The translations under genes and the position numbers were made by a program. 64,000 nt of DNA from an uncultured Chloroflexia bacterium (GTDB lineage Bacteria; Chloroflexota; Limnocylindria; Limnocylindrales; CSP1-4). Shown piece by piece: positions 10,876 to 20,581 of the stretch (its first letter is position 1; every line of letters starts with the position of its first letter). The stretch lies in NCBI GenBank assembly GCA_963720755.1, contig CAVRGP010000015.1, positions 384,001-448,000 on the forward strand, written 5' to 3'. Under the pieces are notes generated by a model that was given only the letters and a program-made list of their open reading frames with translations, was not told the origin of the DNA and did no database searches.

Positions 10876-11943
10876 CGGTCGACGATCCGACGGACTGGGA
10901 TCGGTTCGTGCGGACCAGCGATCCCGGGTCGTACCTGCAGACGAGCGCGTGGGCCCAGGTCAAGGCAGTCAACGGCTGGGCGGCGCACCGGCTGCATGGC
11001 CGAGGCACCGGGTGCGGTCCGACGCGGCCCCGATCGGAGCCCAGGTGCTCGTCCGTCGTCCCAGGCCGATGCCCTGGGCGTTCGCCTACGCACCTCGAGG
11101 TCCGGTCGCGATGCCTGGGACGCAGCCGCGATCGAGCGCTTCAGCGCCGCGGTCCGCGATCGACTCCGGCCCGCCGCGGGACGGATCAGCCACCTGCGGA
11201 TCGATCCTGAGATCGAGGCCGATGGTCCCCGCGATCCCGATGGGGTCCTCCGACGCGACCTCCATGCCGCCGGGTGGCGACCGGCCCCGCCGATCCAGCC
11301 GAACGCGACCAGGATCATCGACCTCAGCGCCGACGAGGCGGCCCTGTGGGGCGACCTGCGCAAGAAGTGGCGCCAATACGTCAACAAGGCGCGGAGCGGC
11401 GGTGTCGTCGTCGTCGACGGGGATGCGAGCCGTCTCGCCGACTTCTACCGGATCTATCGGGAAACCGCCGACCGGGCGGGGTTCCTCATCCGGGCAGAAT
11501 CCGCCTACCGCGACGTGTGGCAGGCGTTCGCTCCGTCGGGGGACGCCCGACTGCTGTTCGCCCAGACGGCCGATGGCGTGCCCCAGGCGACGCTCCTCCT
11601 TGTCCGCTGCGGCCCCAGGGTCGTGGAGCCTTATGGCGGGATGACCGCGGCAGGAGCGGACTCGCGCGCCAACTACCTGCTCAAGTGGGAGGCGATCCGG
11701 TCGTCGAGAGAAGCGGGTGCCACGAGTTACGACCTGTGGGGGCTGGCGACCGGTGGGATCGCCCATTTCAAGACCGGGTTCGGCGGACGAGAGGTCCGCT
11801 ACATCGGCGCCTGGGACCTCGTGCTCGACCCGCTGGGACAGCGGGCCTACGACGCGGCGCGCCGGGGCAGTGCTGCCTGGGCGAGGCGGCGGCATGGGAT
11901 CCGTGGCGAAGCCGGAGCGGCGGCGTACGGAGCGGCCGATTGA
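10872..11943 (+). pseudogene. FemABX peptidoglycan bridge aminoacyltransferase, split over three frames (pseudogene or sequence error)
   Basis: Frame from 10872: WDRFV..YLQTSAWAQVK; second frame: GAQVLVRR..FAYAPRGP; third frame: LRIDP, KKWRQYV, YLLKWEAI, YDLWG, FKTGFGG. Confidence 0.75.
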
Positions 11944-13073
11944 ACGGCGCGAAGCCCACCACACTCACCGTCCGAGAGGCCCGGCCCACCGAGCTCGACG
12001 ACTGGGACGCGCAAGCCGTCGACCGGCCCGGTGGGCATGTCTATCAGTCGCGGGCGTGGGCGGTGCATCGACGGCGCTCCGGCTGGACGCCGCGATTCCT
12101 CGTCGGCGACGACGACAGCCGGGTCCTCGCTCTGATCCGACGTTGGCCGGTCGTCGGCGGCGGGAGCGCCTACCTGCCGCGCGGTCCGGTCCCAATGGGC
12201 GCCGACCCGGATCAGCTCGCTCGTCGTCTGATCGCCGTGGGCGCGTTCCTGGCCGGCGAGGGGATCGACGTGGTGGCGGCGGACCCGGAGGTGCCCGCGG
12301 AGTCGTCCCGGTTCCGGGCGACCATCGAGGACGCCGGATTCCGCGCGATCGAGGAGATCCAGCCGTCGCGTCATCGGGTGACCCTGGCACTCGGGGCGTC
12401 TGCCGACGAAGGCTCGATCTTCCAGGCCATCGCGAAATCGACGCGCCAACGGATCAAGGGAGCGGAAGCCGCCGGTGTCGCGGTCGTCAGGTTCGATACC
12501 CGGATCGGCCCGGATGGGACCGGGCCGGGGTTCAGCGACGCGGTCGAGCCGGTCGCGCAGGCGTTGGACCGCTTCTACGACCTGCTGCTCGAGACGGGCG
12601 AGCGACGCAAGTTCACGTTCGGACCGCGGGCCGGGTTCGTCGCCTGGTGGCAGGCTGCCCACCGAGCCGGCCATCTGGTCTACCTCGAGGCACGGACGGG
12701 CGCGGCCGAGTCCGAGCCCCTCGGGGGACTGATCCTGTACCGGCACGGGGGCAGGCTGTCCACGGTCCATTCCGGCGACCACGCGGAGCTGCGGGCGACC
12801 CACCCTGGCGCGCTCCACCTGCTCCGTTGGCGGGCGATCCAGTTGGCGATCCGGGAGCGATGCGAGGAGATGGACCTGGGTGGGGTCGATGTCGTCGGTG
12901 CCCGCGATGAACCTCGGCCAGGCGATCCGCTTCACGGGCTGTACCAGCACAAGATCTCGTTCGGCGGGAAGTGGCTGGCGCTGACTGGAGCGCACGAGCG
13001 CGTGTACGACCCACGCGGCTACCAGCTGGGCCGCCTCACCGGCCGCCTGTCGCGCTTCGTCGGCGGACGATGA
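11940..13073 (+). CDS. FemABX family peptidoglycan bridge aminoacyltransferase
   Basis: HVYQSRAW, AYLPRGP, KSTRQRI, LLRWRAI, MDLGG, HKISFGG; TTGA overlap with previous stop. Confidence 0.85.
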   Translation: MNGAKPTTLTVREARPTELDDWDAQAVDRPGGHVYQSRAWAVHRRRSGWTPRFLVGDDDSRVLALIRRWPVVGGGSAYLPRGPVPMGADPDQLARRLIAVGAFLAGEGIDVVAADPEVPAESSRFRATIEDAGFRAIEEIQPSRHRVTLALGASADEGSIFQAIAKSTRQRIKGAEAAGVAVVRFDTRIGPDGTGPGFSDAVEPVAQALDRFYDLLLETGERRKFTFGPRAGFVAWWQAAHRAGHLVYLEARTGAAESEPLGGLILYRHGGRLSTVHSGDHAELRATHPGALHLLRWRAIQLAIRERCEEMDLGGVDVVGARDEPRPGDPLHGLYQHKISFGGKWLALTGAHERVYDPRGYQLGRLTGRLSRFVGGR

Positions 13074-13083
13074 TGGGCCGACC

Positions 13084-14724
13084 ATGACCGAGCCCACCAT
13101 CGAGGGTCTGCTGACGGCGGCCGAGCCGACCGTGCCCGCCTCGCTCGACGGCCTGATCGAACGCCTCACGACCGATGGGCGGGTGCTCGGTGCCCGACTG
13201 GATGACCAGGCGATCGGGCCGGCCGGGCTAGGACGTATCGCGATCCGAGGCGTGACCCACGACTCGCGCGAGATCCGTCCCGGGACCTTGTTCGTGGCCA
13301 TCCCCGGCGCCCATGTCGACGGCCACGACTTCGTGGCGGCAGCTGCGGACGCCGGAGCCGCAGCCGCCGTGGTCGGCCATCCGGTCCCCGGCGCAGGACT
13401 GCCCCAGGTGGTGGTGGACGACCCGCGTCGCGTGCTGGCGACGGCCGCGGCCTGGTGGTACGGGGACCCGAGCCAGGCGCTGGCCGTGGTCGGGATCACC
13501 GGCACAGACGGCAAGACGACCACCTCGTCCCTGGCGGTGGCCGCACTCGAGGCCGCCGGGGTCCGGACCGGCATGACCGGCACGATCGAGACCCGGATCG
13601 GCGGGGTCCAGGCGACCAACCATCAGCATGCGACGACACCCGAGGCACCGGCCCTGCAACGCGCGTTGCGAGCGATGGTGGCGTCGGGTGACCGGGCCGC
13701 CGTCCTCGAGACGACGTCACACGGTCTGGCCCTGGCCCGGGTCGACGATGTCGCCTTCGACATCGCCATCCTCACCAACCTGACCCATGAACACCTCGAA
13801 CTGCACGGGACCTGGGAGGCCTACCGGGACGCAAAGCTGCGTCTCTTCGAGAAGCTGGGTCAGCGCGGTCAACGCGCTTCCGCCATCGCCGACACCACGT
13901 CCGGGCCGACCTGGCCGTCGACCGGGATCGTCAACCTGGACGACCCGTCGGCCGGGGTGTTCATCGGGGTGACCCAGGAAGCCGGTGCCCGGGTCCTGAC
14001 CTACGGCACGGATCCATCAGCCGATGTCCGGGCGACCCGGGTCGAGGAGGACCAGGAACACCTTCGGGTCGCCTATGACGCGCCATCCGGCCCGGGAGTC
14101 GCCGACATCCGCCTGGTGGGCCGGTTCAACGTCTACAACGCGCTGGCGGTCATCGCCCTGGGCGAGGCCGTCGGTCTCGACCCGGTGGCGGTCCGCGATG
14201 GGATCGCCGGTCTGGCGGTCGTCCGCGGCCGGATGGAGCGCGTCGATGTCGGCCAGCCGTTCGGGGTGATCGTCGATTTCGCTCACAGCCCGGCATCACT
14301 CCAGGCCGTGCTCGACCTCCTCGCTCCGCTGGCAGCCTCGCGTGGTGGCGGCGTGATCGCGGTGTTCGGTTCGGCCGGCGAGCGCGATACCGCGAAGCGG
14401 CCGCTGATGGGTCGGATCGCAGGGGAGCGTGCACGGCTCGTCGTGGTGACCGATGAGGATCCCCGGGGCGAGGATCGCAACGCCATCGTCGAGGCGATCG
14501 CCCGCGGGGCGGAGACGGCCGGCAAGCGCCGAGGGCACGATCTGCTGCTGATCGTCGATCGTCGAGCTGCGATCGATGCGGCCGTGGATCGCGCTCGCCC
14601 GGGCGACATCGTCCTGCTCGCCGGAAAGGGGCACGAGCAGTCGATCATCGGCCCCGACGGCCCTGTCGACTGGGACGAGCGGTCCGAGGCGCAGGCCGCG
14701 CTGCACCGTGCCGGTTTCGGCTGA
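13084..14724 (+). CDS. murE: UDP-MurNAc-tripeptide synthetase MurE
   Basis: HDSR, DGHDF, GITGTDGKTTT, TTPE, TNLTHEHL, GRME, DFAHSP, TDEDPR, AGKGHE. Confidence 0.93.
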   Translation: MTEPTIEGLLTAAEPTVPASLDGLIERLTTDGRVLGARLDDQAIGPAGLGRIAIRGVTHDSREIRPGTLFVAIPGAHVDGHDFVAAAADAGAAAAVVGHPVPGAGLPQVVVDDPRRVLATAAAWWYGDPSQALAVVGITGTDGKTTTSSLAVAALEAAGVRTGMTGTIETRIGGVQATNHQHATTPEAPALQRALRAMVASGDRAAVLETTSHGLALARVDDVAFDIAILTNLTHEHLELHGTWEAYRDAKLRLFEKLGQRGQRASAIADTTSGPTWPSTGIVNLDDPSAGVFIGVTQEAGARVLTYGTDPSADVRATRVEEDQEHLRVAYDAPSGPGVADIRLVGRFNVYNALAVIALGEAVGLDPVAVRDGIAGLAVVRGRMERVDVGQPFGVIVDFAHSPASLQAVLDLLAPLAASRGGGVIAVFGSAGERDTAKRPLMGRIAGERARLVVVTDEDPRGEDRNAIVEAIARGAETAGKRRGHDLLLIVDRRAAIDAAVDRARPGDIVLLAGKGHEQSIIGPDGPVDWDERSEAQAALHRAGFG

Positions 14725-14739
14725 GGGTATCCTTCCGAG

Positions 14740-16992
14740 ATGGCGAGCACGACACCCCAACCGAAGACGACAACCCCGGCCGCCTCCCGGCGCGGACCTC
14801 GGCGTGCGCCGGTCGTCAGCCCCGATCCGACCGGCGACGGGCCGGATCTCGAGACGCTGCGGGCGCACCTGTTCGCCACGCTGGCCGCGGCGCATCCGAG
14901 CGCAGATCTCGAGCCGGTCGGGCGTGCTTTCGACCGGGCCGTGGAAGCGCATGCGGGCCAGAAGCGCGCTACCGGCGAACCGTATGTCATCCATCCCATC
15001 GCGTCGGCCCAGATCCTGGCCGAGCTCGGGATCGACGCCACGGCCATCCAGGCGGCACTCCTCCATGACGCGCCCGAGGACACGGAATACAGCCTGCCCG
15101 AGGTCGAGGAGGAGTTCGGACCGGAGGTCGCGCATCTCGTCGACGGCGTGACCAAACTGTCGAAGTTCAGCACCCTGAGCCACGAGCAGCAGCAGGCGGA
15201 GAACATCCGCAAGATGCTCCTGGCGATGGCCCAGGACATCCGGGTCGTCCTGATCAAGCTCGCCGATCGCCTCCACAACATGCGGACGCTGTACGTCCTG
15301 CCCGCCGAGAAACAACAGCGGATCGCCCGCCAGACGATGGAGATCTACGCCCCGCTCGCGGAGCGCCTCGGGATCTGGCAGATCAAGTGGGAACTCGAGG
15401 ACCTCGCGTTCAAGGCCCTCGAACCCGAGCGGTTCCGCGATCTGGCGAACCTCCTCGACACGCGCCGAACCGGCCGCGAGACCTACATCGAGCGGGCGAT
15501 CGCCGATCTTCGCCCGAGTCTGGAGGCGGCCGGCATCCAGGCCGACATCGAAGGTCGACCGAAGCACATCTACAGCATCTGGAAGAAGATGCAGCGGAAG
15601 GGCGCCGAATTCGGCGAGATCTACGACGTCTACGCGATCCGGCTGCTCGTCGACGAGGTTCGCGACTGCTACGCCGCCCTCGGCATCGTCCATTCGATCT
15701 GGCGCCCGATCCCGGGCCAATTCGACGACTACATCGCCGTCCCGAAGAACAATCTGTATCAGTCGCTCCACACCGCCGTCATCGCGCTGGACGGCAAGCC
15801 GCTCGAGATCCAGATCCGGACGCACCAGATGCACCAGGTGTCCGAGGTCGGCATCGCGGCGCATTGGCGCTACAAGGAAGGCACCAAGGCGGACCGCGAG
15901 TACGACGCCAAGCTGGCCTGGCTGCGCCAGTTGATGGATTGGCAGCGCGACGTGTCCGAGTCGGATGCGACCGAGTTCGTCGAGGGCATCAAGCTCGACA
16001 TCTTCCAGGACCAGGTCTTCGTGTTCACCCCGAAGGGCGATATCAAGGACCTGCCAGCGGGTGCGACCCCACTCGACTTCGCCTACCGGATCCACACGGA
16101 CGTCGGTCATCGGACGATCGGGTCGAAGGTCAACAACCGGCTCGTGCCGCTCGACTACCGGCTCAAGAACGGCGATATCGTCGAGATCGTCACGACCAAG
16201 GGCGAACACGGCCCATCGCGCGACTGGCTGAACGTCGTGCGCACGAGCCACGCTCGCGAAAAGATCCGCCAGTGGTTCAAGCGCAAGGACCGCGACGAGA
16301 ACATCGTCCACGGCCGCGAATCGCTCGAGCGCGAGCTGCGCCGCCTGGCCAGAACGTCGATCTCCGCCGTCGGCGTCGAGCAGATCGCCGAGGTCGCGAA
16401 GCAGTACAACCACGACACGCTCGACGACTTCTATGCGGCCATCGGCTACGGCGCGATCGGTGCGCAGGCCGTGGTCATGCGCCTTGGCGTGGTGGATGAC
16501 GTCGAGAGCACGTTGCCGACCGTCGCCCCGCCTCAGCGCCTCGAGCGCACCGGCAGCGTCCGGGTCAAGGGTGTCGGCGACCTCCTCGTCCGCTTCGGGA
16601 AATGCTGCCACCCGATCCCCGGCGATCCGATCGTCGGGTTCATCACCCGGGGCAAGGGCGTGACCGTCCACATCCAGACCTGCCCGACGGTCATCAACGA
16701 GCGCGAGGTGACCAGGCTCATCGAGGTCGAGTGGGAGGCCGCCCCATCCGAGCAATATCCGATCGCGATCCGGGTGGAGGCGTTCGACCGGACCGGCCTG
16801 CTGAGCGACATCACCCAGGTCGTCGCGGAGAACAAGGTGAACATCATCGCGGCGAATGTCGGCGTCACGCCGGACCACACGGCCGTGGTGACCGCCACGA
16901 TCCAGGTCCACTCGGTCTCGCAGCTGGCGCGGGTGATGAGTCGGATCGAGAACCTCAAGGACGTCATCAGCGTCCAACGCGACCTGGGCTGA
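14740..16992 (+). CDS. rel: Bifunctional (p)ppGpp synthetase/hydrolase Rel (HD-SYNTH-TGS-ZFD-ACT)
   Basis: GEPYVIHP, LLHD, KLADRLHNMRT, GRPKH, YQSLHT, DFAYRIHT, KCCHP, ACT domain. Confidence 0.96.
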   Translation: MASTTPQPKTTTPAASRRGPRRAPVVSPDPTGDGPDLETLRAHLFATLAAAHPSADLEPVGRAFDRAVEAHAGQKRATGEPYVIHPIASAQILAELGIDATAIQAALLHDAPEDTEYSLPEVEEEFGPEVAHLVDGVTKLSKFSTLSHEQQQAENIRKMLLAMAQDIRVVLIKLADRLHNMRTLYVLPAEKQQRIARQTMEIYAPLAERLGIWQIKWELEDLAFKALEPERFRDLANLLDTRRTGRETYIERAIADLRPSLEAAGIQADIEGRPKHIYSIWKKMQRKGAEFGEIYDVYAIRLLVDEVRDCYAALGIVHSIWRPIPGQFDDYIAVPKNNLYQSLHTAVIALDGKPLEIQIRTHQMHQVSEVGIAAHWRYKEGTKADREYDAKLAWLRQLMDWQRDVSESDATEFVEGIKLDIFQDQVFVFTPKGDIKDLPAGATPLDFAYRIHTDVGHRTIGSKVNNRLVPLDYRLKNGDIVEIVTTKGEHGPSRDWLNVVRTSHAREKIRQWFKRKDRDENIVHGRESLERELRRLARTSISAVGVEQIAEVAKQYNHDTLDDFYAAIGYGAIGAQAVVMRLGVVDDVESTLPTVAPPQRLERTGSVRVKGVGDLLVRFGKCCHPIPGDPIVGFITRGKGVTVHIQTCPTVINEREVTRLIEVEWEAAPSEQYPIAIRVEAFDRTGLLSDITQVVAENKVNIIAANVGVTPDHTAVVTATIQVHSVSQLARVMSRIENLKDVISVQRDLG

Positions 16993-17026
16993 GTCCAGAC
17001 GTTCCGCCCATGTAGGATTCGGCCCG

Positions 17027-18325
17027 ATGCCCACCTTCAGAGCCCCGCGCGGGACCCGTGACCTGCTACCGCCCGAGACCGCCCTGTGGACGCGCCTGGA
17101 GCGCCTCGCGGCGGATCTCGCCGCCCGGTACGGCTACCGCCGGATCGATACCCCACTGTTCGAACTGACCGACGTCTTCGAACGTGGTGTCGGCGAGGTC
17201 ACCGACATCGTCGAGAAGGAGCTCTTCCGTCTGGCCCCGCGAACGGATGAGTCCGAATCGTGGTCGCTTCGGCCGGAGCCGACCGCCGGCATCGTCCGGG
17301 CGTTCGTCCAGCACGGGATGCAGACCTGGCCGCAGCCGGTGAAGCTGGTCGAGATCGGACCGATGTTCCGGTACGACCGCCCACAGGCCGGCCGCTATCG
17401 GCAGTTCTGGCAGTTCGATGTCGAGGCGATCGGCGATCCCGGCCCGGCCATCGACGCGGAGATCGTCGAGCTCGGGCTGCGCTACTACCGCGACGCCGGG
17501 CTGGCCGGTGTGGAGGTCCTGCTCAACTCGATCGGCGATGGCGCGTGCCGCCCGTCGTATGTCGCGCTCCTCACCGAGTACTACCTCGGCCTATGCGACG
17601 CGCTGCCACCGGTCGAGCGTGATCGGCTGACCCGGAACGTCCTCCGACTGCTCGACTCCAAGGATCCGGCGATGGACCCGATCAACGCGGCCGCCCCGAG
17701 GATCACCGATCACCTGTGTGCCGCGTGTGCCGACCATTTCGCTGCGGTGCGGACGCATCTCGACGCGATCGGGGTCGGGTATCGACTCGAACCTGGCCTG
17801 GTCCGCGGACTGGACTATTACACCCGGACCGCGTTCGAGTTCTACGTGCCCGGCCGCGAGGGCCAGCAGCAGGCGCTCGGTGGTGGCGGACGATATGACG
17901 GACTGGTCGAGTTGCTCGGGGGGCGCCCGACGCCCGGGATCGGCCTTGGGATCGGCATCGACCGACTGATCCTGGCTCTTGGGGAGACCGGCGTCACGAC
18001 TTCAGAGGATGGCCTGGTGGCCGTCGTCGTCGGGGCCGACCCGGACGACACCGGCGGACGACTCAGGATCGCGACCGCGCTTCGTGACGCCGGGATCCCT
18101 GCCCGAGCCGAACTCGGTCGCAGGAAACTCGGCAAGCAGCTCGAGTCGGCCGCCCGCGATCAGGCGCACTTCGCCGTCGTCCTGGGCGACGAACTGGCGG
18201 GCGGCGAGGTTGGTCTTCGGGATCTTCCCGCGGGCACCCAGAAACTCGTCGCCGTGACCGACCTGACGAGGGAGATCATCCGGGCGCACGGAGCCCACCG
18301 GCACGGGACCGCGCCAGATCATTGA
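17027..18325 (+). CDS. hisS: Histidine--tRNA ligase
   Basis: PRGTRD, LRPEPTAG, FRYDRPQAGRYRQF, LVRGLDYY, GGGRYD. Confidence 0.96.
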   Translation: MPTFRAPRGTRDLLPPETALWTRLERLAADLAARYGYRRIDTPLFELTDVFERGVGEVTDIVEKELFRLAPRTDESESWSLRPEPTAGIVRAFVQHGMQTWPQPVKLVEIGPMFRYDRPQAGRYRQFWQFDVEAIGDPGPAIDAEIVELGLRYYRDAGLAGVEVLLNSIGDGACRPSYVALLTEYYLGLCDALPPVERDRLTRNVLRLLDSKDPAMDPINAAAPRITDHLCAACADHFAAVRTHLDAIGVGYRLEPGLVRGLDYYTRTAFEFYVPGREGQQQALGGGGRYDGLVELLGGRPTPGIGLGIGIDRLILALGETGVTTSEDGLVAVVVGADPDDTGGRLRIATALRDAGIPARAELGRRKLGKQLESAARDQAHFAVVLGDELAGGEVGLRDLPAGTQKLVAVTDLTREIIRAHGAHRHGTAPDH

Positions 18326-18376
18326 GCGCCGCCGATCGTTGGCCCGGAGGCGACGAGCGGGTGATGGACCAAGGGC

Positions 18377-19147
18377 TCAGATCAGGAGCAGGCGCACCGC
18401 CACGATCGTGCCGACGACGATGATCGCGCCGCGAAGGGCGATCGGTGACAGGCGCCGTCCGACCACGGCCCCCAGCTGACCGCCGATCGTCGACCCGATC
18501 GCGATCAGGATCGCCGGCCCCCATGCCACCGGCGCGACCGCGATGAAGATGATGGCTGCGACCGCGTTGATCGAGGTCGCGATGATGTTCTTGAGGCCGT
18601 TGAGTCGCTGCAGGTCGTCATCGACCAGGATCGCCAGCAGGGCGATCAGGATCACGCCCTGTGCTGCCCCGAAATAGCCCCCGTAGATCCCGGTCAGGTA
18701 GACGCCGATGATGAGGATCGGCCCGCCGCCTTGCCTCGTTGCGTGTCCGAGGCGGGCGCGACGCTCGGTCACCCAGGCGGACAGTCGTGGTTGAACGGCC
18801 ACCAGCCCGCACGCGACCAGGATCAGGATCGGCACGATCCGCTCGAACGCGCTGGCCGGCAGGACCAGGAGCAGGCCCGCCCCGGTCAAGCCGCCGAGCA
18901 CACCGGCCGCGAGGAGCGGGATCGCCCGGGCACGCTGCCCGACGAGTTCCCGCCGATACCCGATCGAGCCGCTCAGGCTCCCCGGAACCAGGCCGACGGT
19001 GTTGGAGACGTTAGCGACGAGCGGCGGGTAGCCGAGGAACAGCAGGGTCGGGAAGGTGATCAGCGAACCGGAGCCGACGATCGTGTTGATGGTTCCGGCG
19101 GCCATCCCGGCGGCGATGATGACGATCGCTTCAGGTAGGTCGATCAA
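18377..19147 (-). CDS. Sulfite exporter TauE/SafE (TSUP) family membrane protein
   Basis: AGTINTIVGSGSLITFP, GIYGGYFGAAQG, NGLKN; GGGAG before TTG. Confidence 0.88.
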   Translation of the reverse strand: MIDLPEAIVIIAAGMAAGTINTIVGSGSLITFPTLLFLGYPPLVANVSNTVGLVPGSLSGSIGYRRELVGQRARAIPLLAAGVLGGLTGAGLLLVLPASAFERIVPILILVACGLVAVQPRLSAWVTERRARLGHATRQGGGPILIIGVYLTGIYGGYFGAAQGVILIALLAILVDDDLQRLNGLKNIIATSINAVAAIIFIAVAPVAWGPAILIAIGSTIGGQLGAVVGRRLSPIALRGAIIVVGTIVAVRLLLI

Positions 19148-19173
19148 GGGGACTCCCGCGGCACAGGGACCGG

Positions 19174-19197
19174 ATTGTAGAGACCGAGCGCTACACT
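19174..19197. promoter_or_regulatory. Divergent -10 boxes for TSUP (-) and Hcy methyltransferase (+)
   Basis: ATTGTA 19174-19179 (TACAAT on -) and TACACT 19192-19197 (+). Confidence 0.45.
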
Positions 19198-19231
19198 CGT
19201 CGTCCGATCAACGCACGAAGGGCGAAGTCCC

Positions 19232-20224
19232 ATGAGAACCAGAAGGGTGATGCACAGCCCGTCGGTCGAACCGGAACCGTTCGATCCGGCGGCGTTCCCG
19301 GGGGTCGAGGAGCGGCGCCGGGCGGACGGCGGGGCTGCCAGCGCGCGCTGGCTGGAAGTCATCGGGCCCGGGCGCCCGGTCATGGCCGACGGTGCGATGG
19401 GCACGATGCTGTTCGCCAATGGGCTCATGTTCGGCGACCCGCCCGAGGTCTGGAACCTGTCCAAGCCGGAGGTCGTTCGACGGATCCATCGCGGGTACGT
19501 CGATGCGGGATCCCAGATCCTGATGACCAACACGTTCGGCGGTAACCGGATGCGCCTGAGCCTCCACGGACTTCAGGACCGGGTCACGGAACTCAACCAG
19601 ACCGCCGCGATCCTGCTTCGCAGCGAAGTCGACGCCGCCGGGGGAACCGCTCTCGTGGCTGGGGACATCGGTCCGAGCGGTGCCATCCTGGCCCCGACCG
19701 GGACCCTTGCCTATGACGAGGCCGTGGATATCTTCGCCGAGCAGGCCGCCGCATTGGTGGCCGGCGGTGTCGACCTGATCTGGATCGAGACGATGTCCGA
19801 CCTGCCCGAGATCAAGGCGGCAATCGAGGGGGTCAGGCGTGTCTCGCCCGGCATCGCCCTCATCGCGACGATGACCTTCGACACCCGTGGCCACACCATG
19901 ATGGGTGTCTCGCCGGAACAGGCCGTCAACTCATTGACGGCGTGGGGTGCAGATGCGGTCGGCGGCAACTGCGGCAACGGCCCCGACGAGCTGATCCGGG
20001 TCATCGAGCGGATGCACGCGGCCGACCCGGATGCGGTCCTCGTCGCGAAGTCGAATGCGGGCATGCCGGAACTCGTCGACATGCGGGCGGTGTACCTGGC
20101 CGGACCCGAAACGATGGCCGATGCCGCGGTGACCATGCGAGACGCGGGCGCGTCCGTGATCGGGGGCTGCTGCGGGACCACGCCCGATCACCTGGCGGCG
20201 ATGGCAAGGATCGTCCGTAGCTAG
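19232..20224 (+). CDS. Stand-alone homocysteine S-methyltransferase (Bmt/MetH Hcy-binding domain type)
   Basis: DGAMGT, TNTFGGN, AGDIGP, IETMSD, GGNCG, GGCCGT zinc ligands; start may be 19250. Confidence 0.88.
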   Translation: MRTRRVMHSPSVEPEPFDPAAFPGVEERRRADGGAASARWLEVIGPGRPVMADGAMGTMLFANGLMFGDPPEVWNLSKPEVVRRIHRGYVDAGSQILMTNTFGGNRMRLSLHGLQDRVTELNQTAAILLRSEVDAAGGTALVAGDIGPSGAILAPTGTLAYDEAVDIFAEQAAALVAGGVDLIWIETMSDLPEIKAAIEGVRRVSPGIALIATMTFDTRGHTMMGVSPEQAVNSLTAWGADAVGGNCGNGPDELIRVIERMHAADPDAVLVAKSNAGMPELVDMRAVYLAGPETMADAAVTMRDAGASVIGGCCGTTPDHLAAMARIVRS

Positions 20225-20237
20225 CCCGAGATCCCAG

Positions 20238-20549
20238 ATGAGCGAATGGATCTACTTCATCCACCCGCCCCGAGAGGACTTCGCCGCGACCATGACCGCG
20301 GAGGAGACCTCGGTGTGGGCGATCCACTTCGAACGCTTCGAACGGCTGCTGGCCGACGGGACGATCATCCTCGTCGGCCCGACCCTCGGACGGACGAACA
20401 CGGGGATCGCGATCTTCGAGGCGCCCGATGAGCCGGCCGCGCGCCGGATCATGGACGAGGACCCGGTCATCGCCGGCGGGTTCGCCCGCGGTGAGCTCCG
20501 TCCATTCCGGATATCGCTGATGCAGGGCCGCGACCGAGCCGATCCCTGA
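20238..20549 (+). CDS. YciI/YCII-related protein
   Basis: H..F..L...G.IILVGP, IFEA, DPVI pattern; about 100 aa. Confidence 0.75.
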   Translation: MSEWIYFIHPPREDFAATMTAEETSVWAIHFERFERLLADGTIILVGPTLGRTNTGIAIFEAPDEPAARRIMDEDPVIAGGFARGELRPFRISLMQGRDRADP

Positions 20550-20581
20550 CCGCCGGATGGAGCGGCTACGATAGGTCGGTC

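Noticed and set aside
10985-11115. Programmed ribosomal frameshifting in femX
   Set aside because: Two shifts would be needed and no slippery heptamer is visible; error or mutation is simpler
16993-17026. T-box leaders for hisS, aspS, alaS
   Set aside because: Upstream -10 boxes sit within 9 nt of the starts and no T-box consensus is visible
14296-17034. Very long antisense ORFs (912 aa here; also 24168-26885, 41343-43586, 44644-46620, 57179-59038)
   Set aside because: Shadow frames opposite well-supported genes, expected with high GC codon bias; no recognisable motifs
19148-19250. SAM or cobalamin riboswitch before the Hcy methyltransferase
   Set aside because: Spacer is short, holds divergent promoters, and shows no recognisable consensus
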